From assembly GCF_009914755.1 (NCBI RefSeq), contig NC_060937.1: a stretch of 64,000 nt of DNA; one strand, 5' to 3'. Both the position numbers and the translations under genes were made by a program. Shown here piece after piece: positions 48,705-64,000 of this stretch. Under the pieces are notes generated by a model. That model was not told the DNA's origin. It ran no database searches and was given only the letters and a program-made list of their open reading frames with translations. How positions within the stretch are numbered: the stretch's first letter is position 1; every line of letters begins with the position of its first letter. This DNA is from the human T2T-CHM13v2.0 reference genome, Homo sapiens.

Positions 48705-50613
48705 CTGTTTGGGGGGGAAAAAATCCTCCAAATCAAATGATTCATTATAGTAGGAGACAGTCCTTACACATATTAACCAATTACTTCAAATTACTTAATA
48801 AAATATTATGTGAAGCAAATACTCTGAAAACCTACAGGAAACGATGATTTATTAGGTTTCACAAAGATGTAACTATGGAACTACCATGCTTCATCTCTTC
48901 TCACTGAACACACGAATAATTCAATACTAAATCACCCCCCTCACCAACAGTAGGAATCCTTATTCTACACCCACTGGTGTTCCCCTGAGTGAGTGGGATC
49001 TGGCCTGGCTGAAGGAGAAACAGGAGATTCCTGACACTATTGCAGTGCTAAAAGAGATTTTCCTTCTCTGACTGAAATACGGCGTTCTCTAAACATACAC
49101 TTGGGCTTTCATCAGTATTTATAGATGTGAGGGGTGGCCAAGTAACTGATGATGACTACACTGAACTGTCAGTGAAAAAGTCTACAACAGTTCAGACGAA
49201 TCATTATAAAACAGGTACAAACCCACCTTCCCTAATAAGGGGCAAATAATTAATCGCCATTGACCTATCCAACTAAAAATGGACAATATACTAACCATTT
49301 AGTTTTCTTTTTGAAAATAAGAGTATGTTGCCCTTTTTTGAATAGAAAAAAAGATTTACATTTTCTATGAGCCAGAGCCAATGTAAGACAAAGCGAAGGA
49401 AGTTTAGTGTTCCCATTCTTGGGAAGCAACTACTTTAGCGATCCCTCATTTCTAACCTGTCTCTCTTGACTGGTCTTGACAGGGGACTCACCATATAGAA
49501 GCAGAGTTTTAGTGTTTTCCAGTTTGTAGCCAGGTGCATTGTTGGGGAAATGGAGAGGAGGAGTAAGTGGAAACCGAGGAGCCATTAGACACTGAAACTC
49601 CCCTGAAGTCATCTCCCCGAAGACTTCAGAAGGGTCACCTGCTAGCCCCCATCCTGTGATCACTCTTAAGCCCCTCCCTTCAGGGCATGGCTACATAGCA
49701 CACATCATACAAGTTGCAAATACCGAATATGACTTTATAATAAATTTCTTATTGCATGTATAAGTGTGCGCTTAGAGACAGATATATAGTATTTTATATT
49801 CTCAAATAATTGTGAACTCCCTGATGGCAGGAATGATGTATTAATATTACATGTAACATTTGCATGGGATTCAATTTACCTAGACATGTCTCCCTCTCTT
49901 CCAATTTCCATTTTAGTCTAGACAACTCTCATCATCCACAACAGATTTTCACAAGTGACTTTTAGCAGGCCTCCTTACCTTCTCTCCCATCTCAATCTGT
50001 CCTCGTCAAGGTTCCCAGATTGATCTTTCTACAGCATGGCCCAAAAACTTTGAGAGATTTCCCTCTTGACAGGATTAAAGCCATGTTCTTTGGCTTGACA
50101 CTGAAAGTCACTTACGATTCTGCCTCTATCATATTTACCCTACCTCTCCCCAACCTCTATCTTAAATTGACACTAGGCTAACTTTGCTGCTCTGCCATGT
50201 CCTTCTGATTGATGCCACCCTCCTACTCAGCCTGACTTAAAGACCCTCCTCACTCATTTCTTCCACCAACCCTCCAGATTCCAGCTCAAGCCCAGGTCCT
50301 TCACAACTTCATCAATTTCCTACATTCAATTCCTCCTCCCTTTAACTTAACCAAATATCTATAACATGCAACAGGTATTTAAGCAGATTCCACTTTGAAC
50401 TGCCATTTAGCTATTTTGTGAGGGTGCATTTTTTTCCAAGTAATGTTTAATTTAACATGTCATTTGTAGCCCCAGAGCACTTGGACAGTCTGATACATGG
50501 GCTCTTGGTTAGCAATGGTTCATTCCACGCACATATCCCTTTCATTCCTGAGGTAGTTCTGTGCATGCAGGAGGCATTGAAGTACTTATTTGCTCAAATC
50601 TTTATTTCTTTAC

Positions 50614-50790
50614 CTGTAATTTTTCTAGGAGGTCCATGTTTTGTCTTTTCAGTTGGCTATTGGCCCTCTCCAGCTTCTCCAAAGTTTCACTATCCTCACA
50701 GGAATATGAAGATTCCTGAAGCTCATCCTGTAGCACATGATATTCCACCTCATAGGCATGCAACTGCTTAGAAATATCCATCTCAAAAAC
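50614..50790 (-). CDS. TBC1D4: TBC1D4 penultimate exon ([24 protein letters not shown]...LLEKLQ)
   Basis: 177 nt, cag|...|gtaaag, phase 0-0. Confidence 0.96.
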
Positions 50791-52780
50791 CTGCCATGAA
50801 AGTATCATGGGTTAGGCTAGCCTTTGGTATGTATAACAAGATACAGCCTGTTTATCTTCGTATATTTCATGTATATTTCCAAATACTTATTAATGAAGAA
50901 CATTAAAGCATAAAAAAGCAAAAAAAAAGTGTAACTGTCAATACAAGAATAAATTAGATATAGTTTACACTGTCAACATAAAAACAGATAGCTCTTTCTG
51001 TGAAAGAAGATTTTCTTTAAAAACAGAACAGATAGATTATTTCTATGCAATTGAAACATTCTCATGAAGCTAAGTCCCTAGAATAAATTAATGTCCAAGT
51101 GTATTTGGCAGCTAAGATATTCATAATCTAGTAACTGTCTCCCAAAATGTAGTATACTAGATAAACAACATTAGTTATTGAGTAATTATTATGTTAGAGA
51201 TAATCTCTGCTGATTAGTAAGCAAAATTGCATAGGGTATTACTGTAATAAAGCAACCAAAAGCATTTCTAATTTATTTGCCAATGGAGCAGAAAGATCTT
51301 AATAAAATTTTGCATCCATTTGCTATTCCCTGTAAGCCTCTTAAGAGTCATTTACATATTGTACCACACAGAGAATCCTCAAAATTGCACACTGTGAGCA
51401 CTGTCCAGGGCTGTAAGGTTTAATTAGGGCTGCTACTGCTCTCCCATGTCACCACTAAATAGGAAGGTCGTTTGCTTTGAAGCTAGAGGACAGTTAGTCC
51501 AAACTTCCTAGGGGGAAGGAGAGACAACAGCTGCTATTCAAGCAATGGTGTCTATACTAACACTGAGAAGAGAAAAGAAACCACAAAAAACCTGACTTAC
51601 TCTACTACTTACTAATAGAGATACTCAAACATTCGAATTTTAATAAGAGAATTTCTAGACTAACTGGTTATCCTCAAATAACCATCATCTTTTCCTTACT
51701 TAGTGGGTATGGATACAATGGATTATTATACAACCATTAAAAATGATAATATGGATTTATAGTTACTGGAAAAAATCTAATACTTTATATTTTTAATTAT
51801 AAATCAGGTTCCACAACAGTATATATAGTATGATTTCATTTATGTACAACTTTATATATTTTTATATGTATATATAAGCAAAGAAACATGTAATACAAAG
51901 TTTCAAAGATTATCTCTAGATGTTGAGATTTATAGTTACTTTTATTTTCTTGTGATTTTCTGCATTATTTGCATTTTTTTCCAGTGTCCATAAATAAAGT
52001 TCTTCAAAGTCTCCCTTAATATCAGCATTTCATTCCACAGTAATCAACTCTAATTGTTAGGAAATTCTCTCCAATATCAAGTTCAAATTTACCTGCCTAT
52101 AAATTCTACTCATTAATCCCAATAGTAATCTATAAAGCCAGGCAATTTCCTCATTAATTTTAGAAGGGAGGTGATATCTGATTTCAAATCTCTAAAAGCA
52201 TAATATCTGATTCCAGTCAAGAAAGATATTTCTGAAAAATTTATAAACAAGTGAATATATAAATAAAAGCTACACTTTTCAGCTTACAGAGCATTTTAAC
52301 AAATACAAACTATTTATAGATATTTGTGATTTAGATTCCATGTAATGGAAATAAAATTTTACATGTATTAATATAATAAGAGTTCATATTATAGTATGAA
52401 TTACAGGGTACAAAATACTTTAACATATTGGTTATATTTGCTCCTAAAATAATACAAAACTATAATAGAATCTACTTTTGTTATTCCCATTTTGTAGAGG
52501 AAGAGGTTGAGACTCAGAGAGGTTGTAACTTGCCCATAGGTACACAGCTAGTAAATGGCTGGGCACCAGAACAAGGTTCCAAACTCCCTTTCTCTAAACC
52601 CTATCGTCTTTCTGCCATCAAAAGTGCCTTCAGGAAAGTGGTAAACTTTATCAATGCTCATAAAGCATAATTGTCAAATCTATCAAGCTGCTCTTAAGCT
52701 TGTCCACTGCATCTGAACGGCAGCAATATATAGCTACCACTCACCTGGTCCCTATGAAGAGTCAAGGACTACACATACGG

Positions 52781-53235
52781 TGTGCAGATTACTCTCAATT
52801 TGCTTCTCAGATCAATTCTCTGCCCTCATCCATTCTATTGTACCCTGGCAGGCAGACAATTCCCCACACTTACTTTCTGGCTGGCTTCTGGTTCACTTTG
52901 GCAAATAGAAGATGCCAGCACAAGATCAGAAGGGGCAGGAGAAAAGGGTTGGGTATTTCTTCCCTGATCCTTCTCTGCCTAGTTCAACAAGACCACAACA
53001 ACCAGCACAGAACCCTCCTCCACGGTTCCAGCTCTCCCTGGGCCTAGTAACACTATTATATCCTCCACTTAGCTCCTCTGCAGCAGGGGTTTGAACAGCT
53101 TCCCTATGTTACTAGTTCCTTCGCACCTGGACAGCTGTGTTGGATTGCCTTACGCCTACCCACACCTTTATAGATGGTTCCTTCATTTGAATCATCGGAG
53201 GGAGAATGTTTCCTGTAGGGACAAAGACTGATACA
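52781..53235 (+). mobile_element. LTR33-like ERVL LTR (intronic); a MIR lies at ~52480-52620
   Basis: ctggctggcttctggttcactttggcaaatagaag...ttcctgtagggacaaagactgataca. Confidence 0.6.
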
Positions 53236-53781
53236 CCAAGTCTCCTCACTGAAGCTTCATAAAACCTCTCAGATCAGTATCATCCCATTCTGGAACTTGT
53301 CCAGTACTGTCCCATTCTGGACAACTAGGGTTTGGATGATTAGGCTGATGTGTGCAAGCCAAACAACCAATTAAAAAGCCAGAAGTAGATGCAAACCCAA
53401 TACCTTCTAATTCCAAAGCCTGTACTCCTGCCACGTGTCCTCTTCGTTTATTTTACAAAATAATTAACAATATAACAAAGGCAAGAGGATCTGATTTTAT
53501 TCTCAGGCCTTCTTGACTCTGTCAGTTCTATCTTCAGTTTTAGCATTGGTTTAAATTGAAAGGATTCCTGAAAAACTCATTACGTAGCACTAAACAGCAT
53601 TTTTTGTGCATAGCCAGATAGAAAATGTCACAGTGTAGAAATTTCACAATAGTCCCCTTTCTAAATAAAATGTATCTGATGAAAATATCTGTCAAGCAAA
53701 GCTACATTTTTAGGCTAAAGCATTTAATATATATTCAGTAGAGAAAACTGCTATATAATACTATTAGCATTTAAATCATAC

Positions 53782-53951
53782 CTGGGTAATAATTTTTTCC
53801 ATTTCAGAGGTATTCATATCAGGTAGCGTGTTTTTAAGAAACTCAACAATATTTTCAAAGCTCTCACATTCCATTATAAGTGTCTCTTGGCTGCTCAGTA
53901 GGCTGAGTGCAACCTTGAATATAACTTCAGTTCCCTGAAGAAAAATAATAT
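53782..53951 (-). CDS. TBC1D4: TBC1D4 exon ([19 protein letters not shown]...EKIITQ)
   Basis: 170 nt, ttttag|...|gtatga, C-terminal part of the TBC domain. Confidence 0.96.
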
Positions 53952-54552
53952 CTAAAAGAAGAGATATAATTTTCATGATCAAAACTATGCATCCACTCTT
54001 GTAAAAAGCACGCTATTTGTGCTAAAGGTTTTTGTTTACTTGTTTTATGTATTTTGCAGAAGAAAACTGGTCAAAAGCATCTAGCTTTTTTTTAAAAAAG
54101 CAATATAACTAAACATATAAGCAGATGTTTTAATATTCCTCTTAAGAATCTCAGATAAAGCCAGGGTAAAAAAGGACAAAGTATATATCTCTGTCCATGA
54201 ACTATTTGTAATTTTTAATGCCAAATTTAATGGAGACTAGGTAAACCTCAAGGACAGTTATTCAATTGATATTTAGATTTTTCTTCACAACAGGAATACA
54301 AAAACAAATTAACATAACCAATGAGTACTATTCAAACTCTCATTACCATAATAAAAAGTAAATGAACCAGCTATGTAATTAAATCTATACCACACCAGGA
54401 AATTAAAAAAAAAAAAACATTAACAGAAAAATTAAAACAAATGAAAAACATACAACCTCAATCAGGAGAGAAATATAAGAGCTACCCTAACTCTAAGCCC
54501 TGCTTTCCTACAAATACAAACATGCAATACTTTTGAAAAGTATCAAGTACTA

Positions 54553-54857
54553 GGCCGGGCGTGTTGGCTCACATCTGTAAACCCAACAATTTGGGAGGCT
54601 GAGGTGGGTGGATGGCTTGAGGCTAGGAGTTACAGACCAGCCTGGTCAACATGGTGAAACCCCGTCTCTACGAAAAATACAAAAATTAGCTGAGTGTGGT
54701 GGCACATGCCTGTAGTCTTAGCTACTCGGGAGGCTGAGGCAGGAGAATCGCTCGAACCCAGGAGGCAGAGGTTGCAGTGAATTGATATTGTGCCCTGCAC
54801 TCCAGCCTAGGCAATAGAGCAAGACTCAGTCTTAGAAAAATAAAAAAAGAAAGAAAT
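54553..54857 (+). mobile_element. AluS (intronic, antisense to TBC1D4)
   Basis: 16-bp TSD aaaagtatcaagtact at 54536-54551 and 54858-54873. Confidence 0.9.
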
Positions 54858-56533
54858 AAAAGTATCAAGTACTTAGTACTTTTTTATGAAAGTTTCTCTC
54901 AATCTATGTCATTCTTTAATCAATAATATACAACAGGGAGTCTCTAATGAAGAGGGAACCATAGAATCATTATTTCATAGTAATTCTTCTTGCTCATGCA
55001 TCTTTCCATTTCCTGCCAGTCTCCATTGTTTTATAAATTCAAAGAAGAGAGTTGAACAGCTATTGTATAGCCAACAGCATCATTTGTATTCTCATGACAA
55101 AAAACTGATACTGAGGACATTTGTTTCTTGAACTCTTGATATCAAGCTTCCAAGGGTAAGTAAAAGAGAGGTGCCCTGAAACATCATTTTGATTTGATAC
55201 ACTATTCTCTGGGAAGAAAAATGTATATAAACAAAAGGATTTATAGAATACCCATTAATAGGAACCCAAGCTCCAGAGAAAATGTCACTGTAGAAAAGCA
55301 ATAGTGTATATTCAATAAACAAGAGAAATCTGGTGAACATTTGATTCAGCGCATTTTCACTTTACTCTTTTGCTGCATTTTATAAATTGTAGTAACACTA
55401 ATGCAGTGTTTAACTTTTAAACCACAGCCCTCAATAAGAAAGATATCATACGTTGTAATCTGGTATATATATACATTACACATATATCCTCAAAACAAAT
55501 TTCTCCAAACAACATATTTCCTTACTATTTGTAATATTCCCTAATATCTTCACTAAATGCTGTTTCATTTTTTCAAACACTGGCAATGACCTACAATGGC
55601 GCCAATACAATTTGACAAAAAGCTCCAATTTAACAGAAGTGCAGTTGTGAGTGAATACTGACTGCTTTGCCCATGTCTACTAAATAGATTATCAGAACAT
55701 AAAAATTAAGGGAGCCCTTTCTAAGGCTACTGAGGTCCTAAACAACATCATTAGAACAAACCTCTGATGAAGAGTTGGTTGTTGTTGTTGTTGTTTTAAT
55801 TTTTGCTTTTTAAATAACAGACTTAGACTAGTATAAAGACTTGTGAATAGATTTAAGGGCCTCCAAAGGGGACATAAACCATGTTACACTCTCTTTTTAT
55901 TCCCAATGCCAAACACTGTGCTTAGAGCAAGGCAGTTACTCAGTAACTTGCCCTGAGCTCTACTGACTGTACTTAGTGTTTTCCCTGAGCCACCAGTCTT
56001 AGAGACTGTCCCCCAGCACTGCATTGGCATGAAAGAAGAGTCACATGAGCAATGAAACAGGATGTAAAGTTATTCTGTTAACAACAAAAAGTCAGGTTAA
56101 GAAATGCCATTAGAAACAACATTGATACAGTTAAGAACATATTTCTCTGTGTTTTGAATGCAAGATGAAGAAGACAATGGGGGTAGAAACATGTATATAA
56201 AAATCTGGAAAATTATACACAGTCTGTCCCTAGTCCAGATTCTAGGAGTATACTCTCTGATTTTTAGGCACAAATGAAAATAAGAGCTCCATTACAGCTG
56301 ACTCAAATACAGGAGCCCAATTCCTCTTTCCTTTTTAATTTCAATTTTATGTAAGACAAGTATGATTTTAAGTTACTGTCAGAATACAGCCAGGCACATT
56401 TATTAAATTCCATTAGCAATTTGCTATTCTGTATAACACATGATAGAACAATAGGGGCATCATATGGCTAGAAGTAGAAGTATAGTCCTTGGAATAAATA
56501 ATACTGTTCCATTTAATTACAGGTATCTCTTAC

Positions 56534-56693
56534 CAAAAACTCTGGCTACAAATCCTAATGAAAACTGAGAGGCAAACAATGTGAGGAACCAGGGGGCAGC
56601 ATAAAGACTGGGGCTGATTTCATTTTCTTCAAGGTGATTGTAGAGATCTCTGTGATAGTCATGAAGGAGCCTGGACAGCTGGTACATTTGAAT
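56534..56693 (-). CDS. TBC1D4: TBC1D4 exon ([53 protein letters not shown])
   Basis: 160 nt, tttag|...|gtaaga. Absent from the ORF track but read directly. Contains the TBC motif [10 protein letters not shown] and its phases fit the neighbouring exons. Confidence 0.95.
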
Positions 56694-58521
56694 CTAAAGT
56701 TAATTTGGAGAAGAAAAAAAATATTATGCATTTATCTGCATGTGCATCAAACACACTGATTTTAATTTTATTCTAATATTTAATAACAAATTCACATATA
56801 TAAGTAGTATTACTTTATTTTTATGATTTTAAAGTTGATACTAAAATCCAAGTTCACTTAACTGAATTCATAAAGCAAGTCACTGAAAGTCTATCTAAGA
56901 AGACTGAGCAAGTTTCTCTATCACGTGTGTTTGAGCATCACATACATACATAGAAATGGAATTTTTTCTTCTGTAGGGAGGCATTGCTTTTGGAATTTAA
57001 TGAGAACAGTCCTGGCTCAGGAACCTCATAGAAAATCCCTTCTAATTTCAGACTAATTCCAGAAAAGCCTCCATTCTAAAGAATCTACCATGTTCAGTGC
57101 AGAAGCTTATTTCTATTTACTGAGACCAGCATGTGATTTATGAAAGAGTTCTGGCTCTCCAGACAATCTGCACTGCTAGGAGAGAATTAAAGCTTAGAAT
57201 GTTACAGGGCCAGAAGCTTGAGATTTATTTCTAATATTCAAGTTATTCCAGCAGCATATTTTTCATGACAAACGTGATTAAGGCAAAAAGTGCAGTTGTT
57301 TCTGAATATTTCTAGAACTAAAAGAAAAAATTATTTCATTTGGCTACTGAGTTGGTTATTGGCATTTCAGAAAACATCATAAAGACAGCATACAGAAACT
57401 TTTAAACTCATATCTGTGATACTACAGATAAAGCAGTAGTAAGTAACAAACAAATTTGTGAATTGTGTTTTAATTTAAATTTTTATCCACACAGTTAAGA
57501 GATAAGTGATGGTTCCCTGATCAGTTATATTGGCTTGATATTTTGGTGTAAAAATGTATAAAATGTTTTATTAAATCTAGCAGAACTTCTTTCACTAGAA
57601 GAAATTATTAAAACATCACTCTTAAATAGCTCTATGACAATACATAAAAATAACCAATTATGTTGTGAATTCAACAATTATTTCTAGAGTACAGAACTAA
57701 AAATCAACAGACTCCTTTGGAAAAAAATCAAAAACTATGCAAAAATACAAAAAATTGTTTGTTCAATCCTTATCCACAACAAATATCTTTAGAAACTCCG
57801 TTTCCACACAAACTGTAAATAAAAGGGAGTTAAAGAGCCACAGGAAGTCATAGCTAGAAAATAAGAAGCTTAGCTGGAGTCAAAGTTTTTTTTTAATGAG
57901 ATTATTATCTCAAAAAATCATGTTGAAAAAAAACATACATTTCCTTTAGACCATTTACATCGTAGAAACGAGAAATTCTGAGCATCTATCAACAAAAGAG
58001 TTAGTATTTTGGTAAGCACAAAAATCAAAAAAGTCTAATTAGCAGCATAAAAAGAAAGCACGTCATCAAAAGCACACTGTTCTTGTTCACTTGTGATTAT
58101 AAAAAGAAGCAATACTTCAACATGTAATTTTTTAAAGAGAATCTTATTTCCCACCTACCCTGCCGCACATACTCAAATGGGAGTTAAGAGAGTTTCTTCC
58201 ATCAAGGGATATTTGGGCAAATAAGAACACAATTCAGGCTTCCTTCAAAGAAAGCTTTAATGATAAAATTCTATTTTCTAAGAACAAATAATTCTTCAAT
58301 TCCACCTTACAGATACCAAGGCAAACCTGCAGATTAAAGAGGTGAACTGGAGAAGGAAAGATGCACAGAGAGAGATAAGGGTAGGGGAGAGAAGATGAAA
58401 AAAAAGTAGAGACCAAAAACTTCAGAGGAAAAGATATAATGTCTTTATGCTTAACACAGAAAGCAGCAGAAACAAACGTGACAAGATACAAGTATTTAAA
58501 GTTGAAAAAGACCTCAACCCC

Positions 58522-58586
58522 CACATTTTACAGATAAGGTAACTGAAGCAAGATTTTACACATTTTACAGATAAGGTAACTGAAGC
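58522..58586. repeat. Perfect 28-bp direct duplication of a MIR-like fragment
   Basis: cacattttacagataaggtaactgaagc at 58522-58549 and 58559-58586. Confidence 0.9.
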
Positions 58587-59151
58587 CTGGAGCACCCAAG
58601 CCACCAAGAGAGAAGCAAGAAATCAGAAATCCTGTGGAGTGAGTCCAAACCCACTGCAAGAGGCATTTAAGCACACTTCTAAACATCCTATTGGCTAGAC
58701 CCAAAACAGTACCTCCTGCTCTAGAAAGTGGAAAAGTGTTATATCTCACTTTAAAATGCAAAAGGACCTACTCTCCCAGAATAAGGTCCCCAATACTGCG
58801 GCCTACAGCAATGCTGTCACCAAAGATTTTTAAACATCTGCATTTTCAAAATTATAGACATAAAATACTTCTTGGTACTTACAGTCCATATTAAATGAAT
58901 GTATAAATCCGATTTACATGAATTTTTGTAATGTCAAATTGATGAATAATTTTTAAGTTGAAATATCATTGTATTTTTAAACTGATAGCTATTATCCTTT
59001 TATCTGTGGACCCAGATCAAACACTACTCACAGGTACTTCCCTGTATCTTTGAAATTCTAATAATAGCTACCAAACCGTTGTTTCTGAAAATCAGAATTA
59101 TTGAATTCCTTACAAGACCATCTGATTCCTATCTGATATTAAGATACAGGT

Positions 59152-59516
<365 letters not shown>

Positions 59517-60155
59517 TTATTTGACTTGTTAAACCTACGAATAGTCATCAATGAGGAATCAAATCATATGAACTCACACCAGAAAACCTAATGTTGATAG
59601 CAAAGCCCTATCTCCCCAGTCAAAATTTTACCTTCAGAAAGTAAAGAAAAATGGAATACTTCATCTCCATTCATACTCTCAAAAAATATCATTTACTATA
59701 ACGCTCAGACTAAAAATACAATTCTTTTGTTATACATTGGCAACTGAGATATTAAAGGCAAAAAACTCATCTCTGGGAAACAAAAAAATAGTATATTTTA
59801 AAAGCATCTTTAAACTATTACTTCTTATCTAAAGCACAGTATTATGATGAACTGGGAGTCATGCATACCTCATTTCAAGGGAGGAAAAACCTGAGAATCC
59901 TCTTTAAAGTCTTCTTTTATATTTTTAACCACTGAAAGCTTTAAATTGCCAGGCAGTGGTTGTTTAAGTATCTATAGACAAAATTTAAACTGCTTATTAG
60001 CAACCAACCCACTTAGAGAAGTGAAAACTAGGAGAGAAATGTGCAAACAGGGAGTCTGAGGTAGGCTAAAGACAGCAGTGGCAGTTAATACCCCACTCAA
60101 AATACCTGGAAAATCTTAATGGTGCTTCTTCAGAGCCTGCTAAGAAAAGCAGACT

Positions 60156-60622
<467 letters not shown>

Positions 60623-61007
60623 TCAGATTGTAAACAAAAGATCTGTGAGCCTTTTCAACTGAGAAGTTGAGAAAAAGTGAATAAAGATGATTTGATACCT
60701 TCTCCATGTAACCCATAGACTTAGGGCATAAAGGACTGGGTCCTCATCACCTACCTTTCTTAAATTACTTATTTACTTACTTCAGGAATTTTATGGAAAA
60801 GGTATTCTGCCTCTGGGTCTCATACACTTAGAAGTTTACCTAAATAGCAAATCCCACACTAAGTGAACTAAAACATGCCCCAATCTTTACCCAAGTTCTA
60901 AGACAATGGCTCTACATTTCTTTAAATCTGAACTGTAATAATTGAGAAGAGGGCCAGGATTTCTGGTAATAGTCTCACACCTTCCTCGGGAAGCACAAGT
61001 GCCTCAC

Positions 61008-61252
61008 CTGCAGCGACATCATGTCAGGTCTGTACTGCTTGCGGAAGCCGAGGTCATACATGAGGAATTTCAGCATTTCAAAGGCTTGCTCTTCACTCAT
61101 GTGCAGAAGCAGGACTCCAGCCACAAAGCTGATCCCCTGACAGTATCCCACTTCTTTGTCCAGCAAAGAATAGGCTTTCAGGAGGTTAAACAGTGACAGC
61201 TGTCCTGGCCCAAGCTGTACTGAAAAGTAAGGGTGAGTAGGAAACGTCCTTC
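61008..61252 (-). CDS. TBC1D4: TBC1D4 exon with the catalytic Arg and Gln fingers ([10 protein letters not shown]...GYCQGISF...MMSLQ)
   Basis: 245 nt, ctgcag|...|gtgagg. Completes IxxDxxR across the upstream junction and contains YxQ. Confidence 0.97.
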
Positions 61253-63029
61253 CTGCAGAGGAAAAGAAGGAAAATATTTTTTGAAATGTCCTCATGCCTT
61301 GGAGACAACAGTGAAATTGCAATTCAGTAACCTCCAAGAATAAACAGACACTCTTTCCCAAACCAGTGAGAGTTGCTTAGAGTCACCATGTAACTAAGAG
61401 TCTCTCCCTCTCTCACCCCAAGTTCTGCCAGGCCACCATACCATCTTCACATATACGATATGGGAGGAAACATTTTATGCTAACCAGTACTTCTTTCCAG
61501 CAAAAAAAAAAAAAAAAAATACAATAAAAATCCACAAACCAATGATGTACCCAGGAGAAATACCAGGAAAATGGAATATAAATTTTATTCTGACTATAAA
61601 GCAAGGCAAATTCTAATTCATATAAAGACTACCTTCTAAATGAAACCAGAAGTCTGTAAGACATATTATATTATTTAAAAGAAAATCTTCATAGTCTATA
61701 AACAGGTTTATTTCTGCTTTTCTTATGACACTGGAGGGACTTTTTGGGTTTGTTTGACTTTACATTCAGACTGTCATTCAGAAGAAAACTGCTTTTTCAA
61801 CTATCGTTCGCTCTCTGCTCTTAAAATACCTCCATGAGCCATGTAAACCACTTTTCTTTTTCAATATCTAAAAATATCAAGGAAAATAAAGGGTCAAGTC
61901 AATTTCAAATAAATTCCCCTCTAAAATATACCTCTAGGTATAAAATTACCACAGAGACACTTGAGCTGGCAATGTGAGTCCTGCATCACTAAAAGGAGAG
62001 TTCTATACACAGAAACAAATCCGTCTTCACATCAAAGCTGTCTATATTGGTATGGGACTTTCCTAGGGCCACAAAAATGAAGGGGGATGTTAGCTTCCTT
62101 GTGAAATGATTACTCATGTCATTTAGAACTTGCAAGAGTGCCAGGTTTTAAAATGTTTTCTCCCACATATGCTTAAAAGTGATTTTTTTTTCTAGGAACC
62201 AATAAGATTAATTCTGCAGAGCCAGTAAGAGGAAGATATGAGAAAATAACAATTGCATGCTGAAGAAACACAGATGGCTACAAGCAGAGCCAAATAAGCA
62301 ATTTTTAAAATTATGGTTTTACTTTCTCACTTAAAATTTTTACTAAGGAAAACTATAAATACACTTTCTGTCCATTAACTTGATTCTAGCTCCATTTTTG
62401 TCTGACTGTAATATGATCTCATTTTCTCTCTTTAATAGGACATCGTGACTAACCCTGATTGTATCATCAATTTATGGTCAGAGAACCACAGATTTGCTTG
62501 GGAACATAGGGATTGCCTTGTTCAATGTCCCCACTTAGTAGAGAGGATGGACGCTCAGAAGGAAGGTAATATGTCTAAGACCACAATTAGTGGCACAATC
62601 AGCACAAAAACTCATTTTCAGTTTCTCTGTAAAATCCCCTTTTTAATTCCGCTGGGCTCAAAAAAATAATTAACTGAGCTGGGTCCTTTCCCAGTAAGAG
62701 CCATTTGTCATCCAAAAGGAACAGAGGTAAAAACTAGGGTTTGGCTAGTGATTTTTCATATGCCCTAATATAAGATGACCCCAAACATAAGGTAATCTTG
62801 TATTTTCCCAAATGGGCCCAAATAACATATCTGGCCACCTGACATATATCAACTTTTAGGAGTACAAATAAAGTGGTCAAATGCCAATATATAATATTTA
62901 ATCTAATAATGTAAATATTTTTAAATAATAAAGTATGTTAGAGAAAAATTAGAGACAATACAATCTTTAAAAATCAAAGCATTTTTATTTCCATAAGTTA
63001 TTTGAAAATCAGCATTTAAGAAGACTGCT

Positions 63030-63346
<317 letters not shown>

Positions 63347-63912
63347 TCACTGGAAATTCTCCGCCAGGTCATGAGTACCCATTCCTACACTATTAGTGCA
63401 ACTAATGTTTCACTCACCCTATAGGTGTATAGTCATAATTTCCACCAACATAACCATTTATCATGCTGCTTTTTAAAGTGACATATAAAGGATTGTTTTC
63501 AGCAGTGTGTCCAGGAATACCTAGTACACCTTTGTTAAATTTTTAACCTATTCTAAGCTATTTCAAAACCAGCATTGATTAAGATACAACTATCTGCCCT
63601 AAAAAGTCAGTTGTTCAAAATGCAGTAACTGAGAGCACCCCATAATATGACCTTTATAATAATTTAAATATAAGATGGCTCCCTTTGCAGAGGCAAAGTT
63701 TTGGGGTGAAAACTTCATTTAACACGCAGGCATTTATGGGATCGTCAATCAGGTATAAGGCCAACTTGCCCTCAGTAAAGGACAAAGTCAACGGCTCTGC
63801 ATATGCCAACAGGTGCTCTTTATCAGCACCAAGAACAAACAAAAACCAAAAAAACTTAACAGAGGGATCAGCTGTTTACTTTTGTAAATTATAATCCACA
63901 TGACAAACATAC

Positions 63913-64000
63913 CTAAATCCACAAGAATCGCATGCTGCTGAGCAGTGAGCTGCTTCAAAAGTTCCTTATAGGATATGTCAGGAGGCTGTTGTTTATTAGG
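63913..64000 (-). CDS. TBC1D4: TBC1D4 exon, partial ([30 protein letters not shown]), runs off the window
   Basis: Donor ttag|gtatgt at 63912-63911. Phase 1 joins to GA of the next exon, giving ILVDLGRTF. Confidence 0.93.

Noticed and set aside
60651-60677. Small hairpin tcaact-gaga-agttga
   Set aside because: A 6-bp stem is expected by chance, and there is no snoRNA or miRNA architecture around it.
60942-61196. Plus-strand ORFs opposite TBC1D4 exons (also 50457-50771)
   Set aside because: Antisense shadows of real coding exons.

Overview
Primate, almost certainly human, genomic DNA, consistent from memory with chr13q22.2. The right quarter holds the 3' end of TBC1D4 (AS160, Rab-GAP) on the minus strand: five complete coding exons and one partial one, all with GT-AG junctions, plus a 3' UTR with several poly(A) signals. 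The left end holds an intronless, frameshifted CTAGE5/MIA2-derived processed pseudogene (probably CTAGE11P) just downstream of a full-length, inactivated L1PA4-like element. The ~36 kb between them is mostly transposon-derived: an intact solo LTR12C, LTR22, a MER51/61-type LTR, MaLRs, a twin-primed L1PA5, a rearranged L1PB1, MER6/MER44/MER33/MER5 and many Alus. I found no convincing new biological system. The best leads are: (1) a candidate in-frame Alu cryptic exon beside a (UG)~16 tract inside the TBC1D4 GAP-domain coding region; (2) the L1PA4 lacking matching target-site duplications (TSDs) next to the CTAGE retrocopy; (3) an internal inversion with an inverted duplication in L1PB1; (4) a 138-bp foreign insert in an AluJ. 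Repeat subfamily calls were made by eye from remembered consensus sequences and need Dfam/RepeatMasker confirmation. Most short ORFs in the track are repeat-derived noise.
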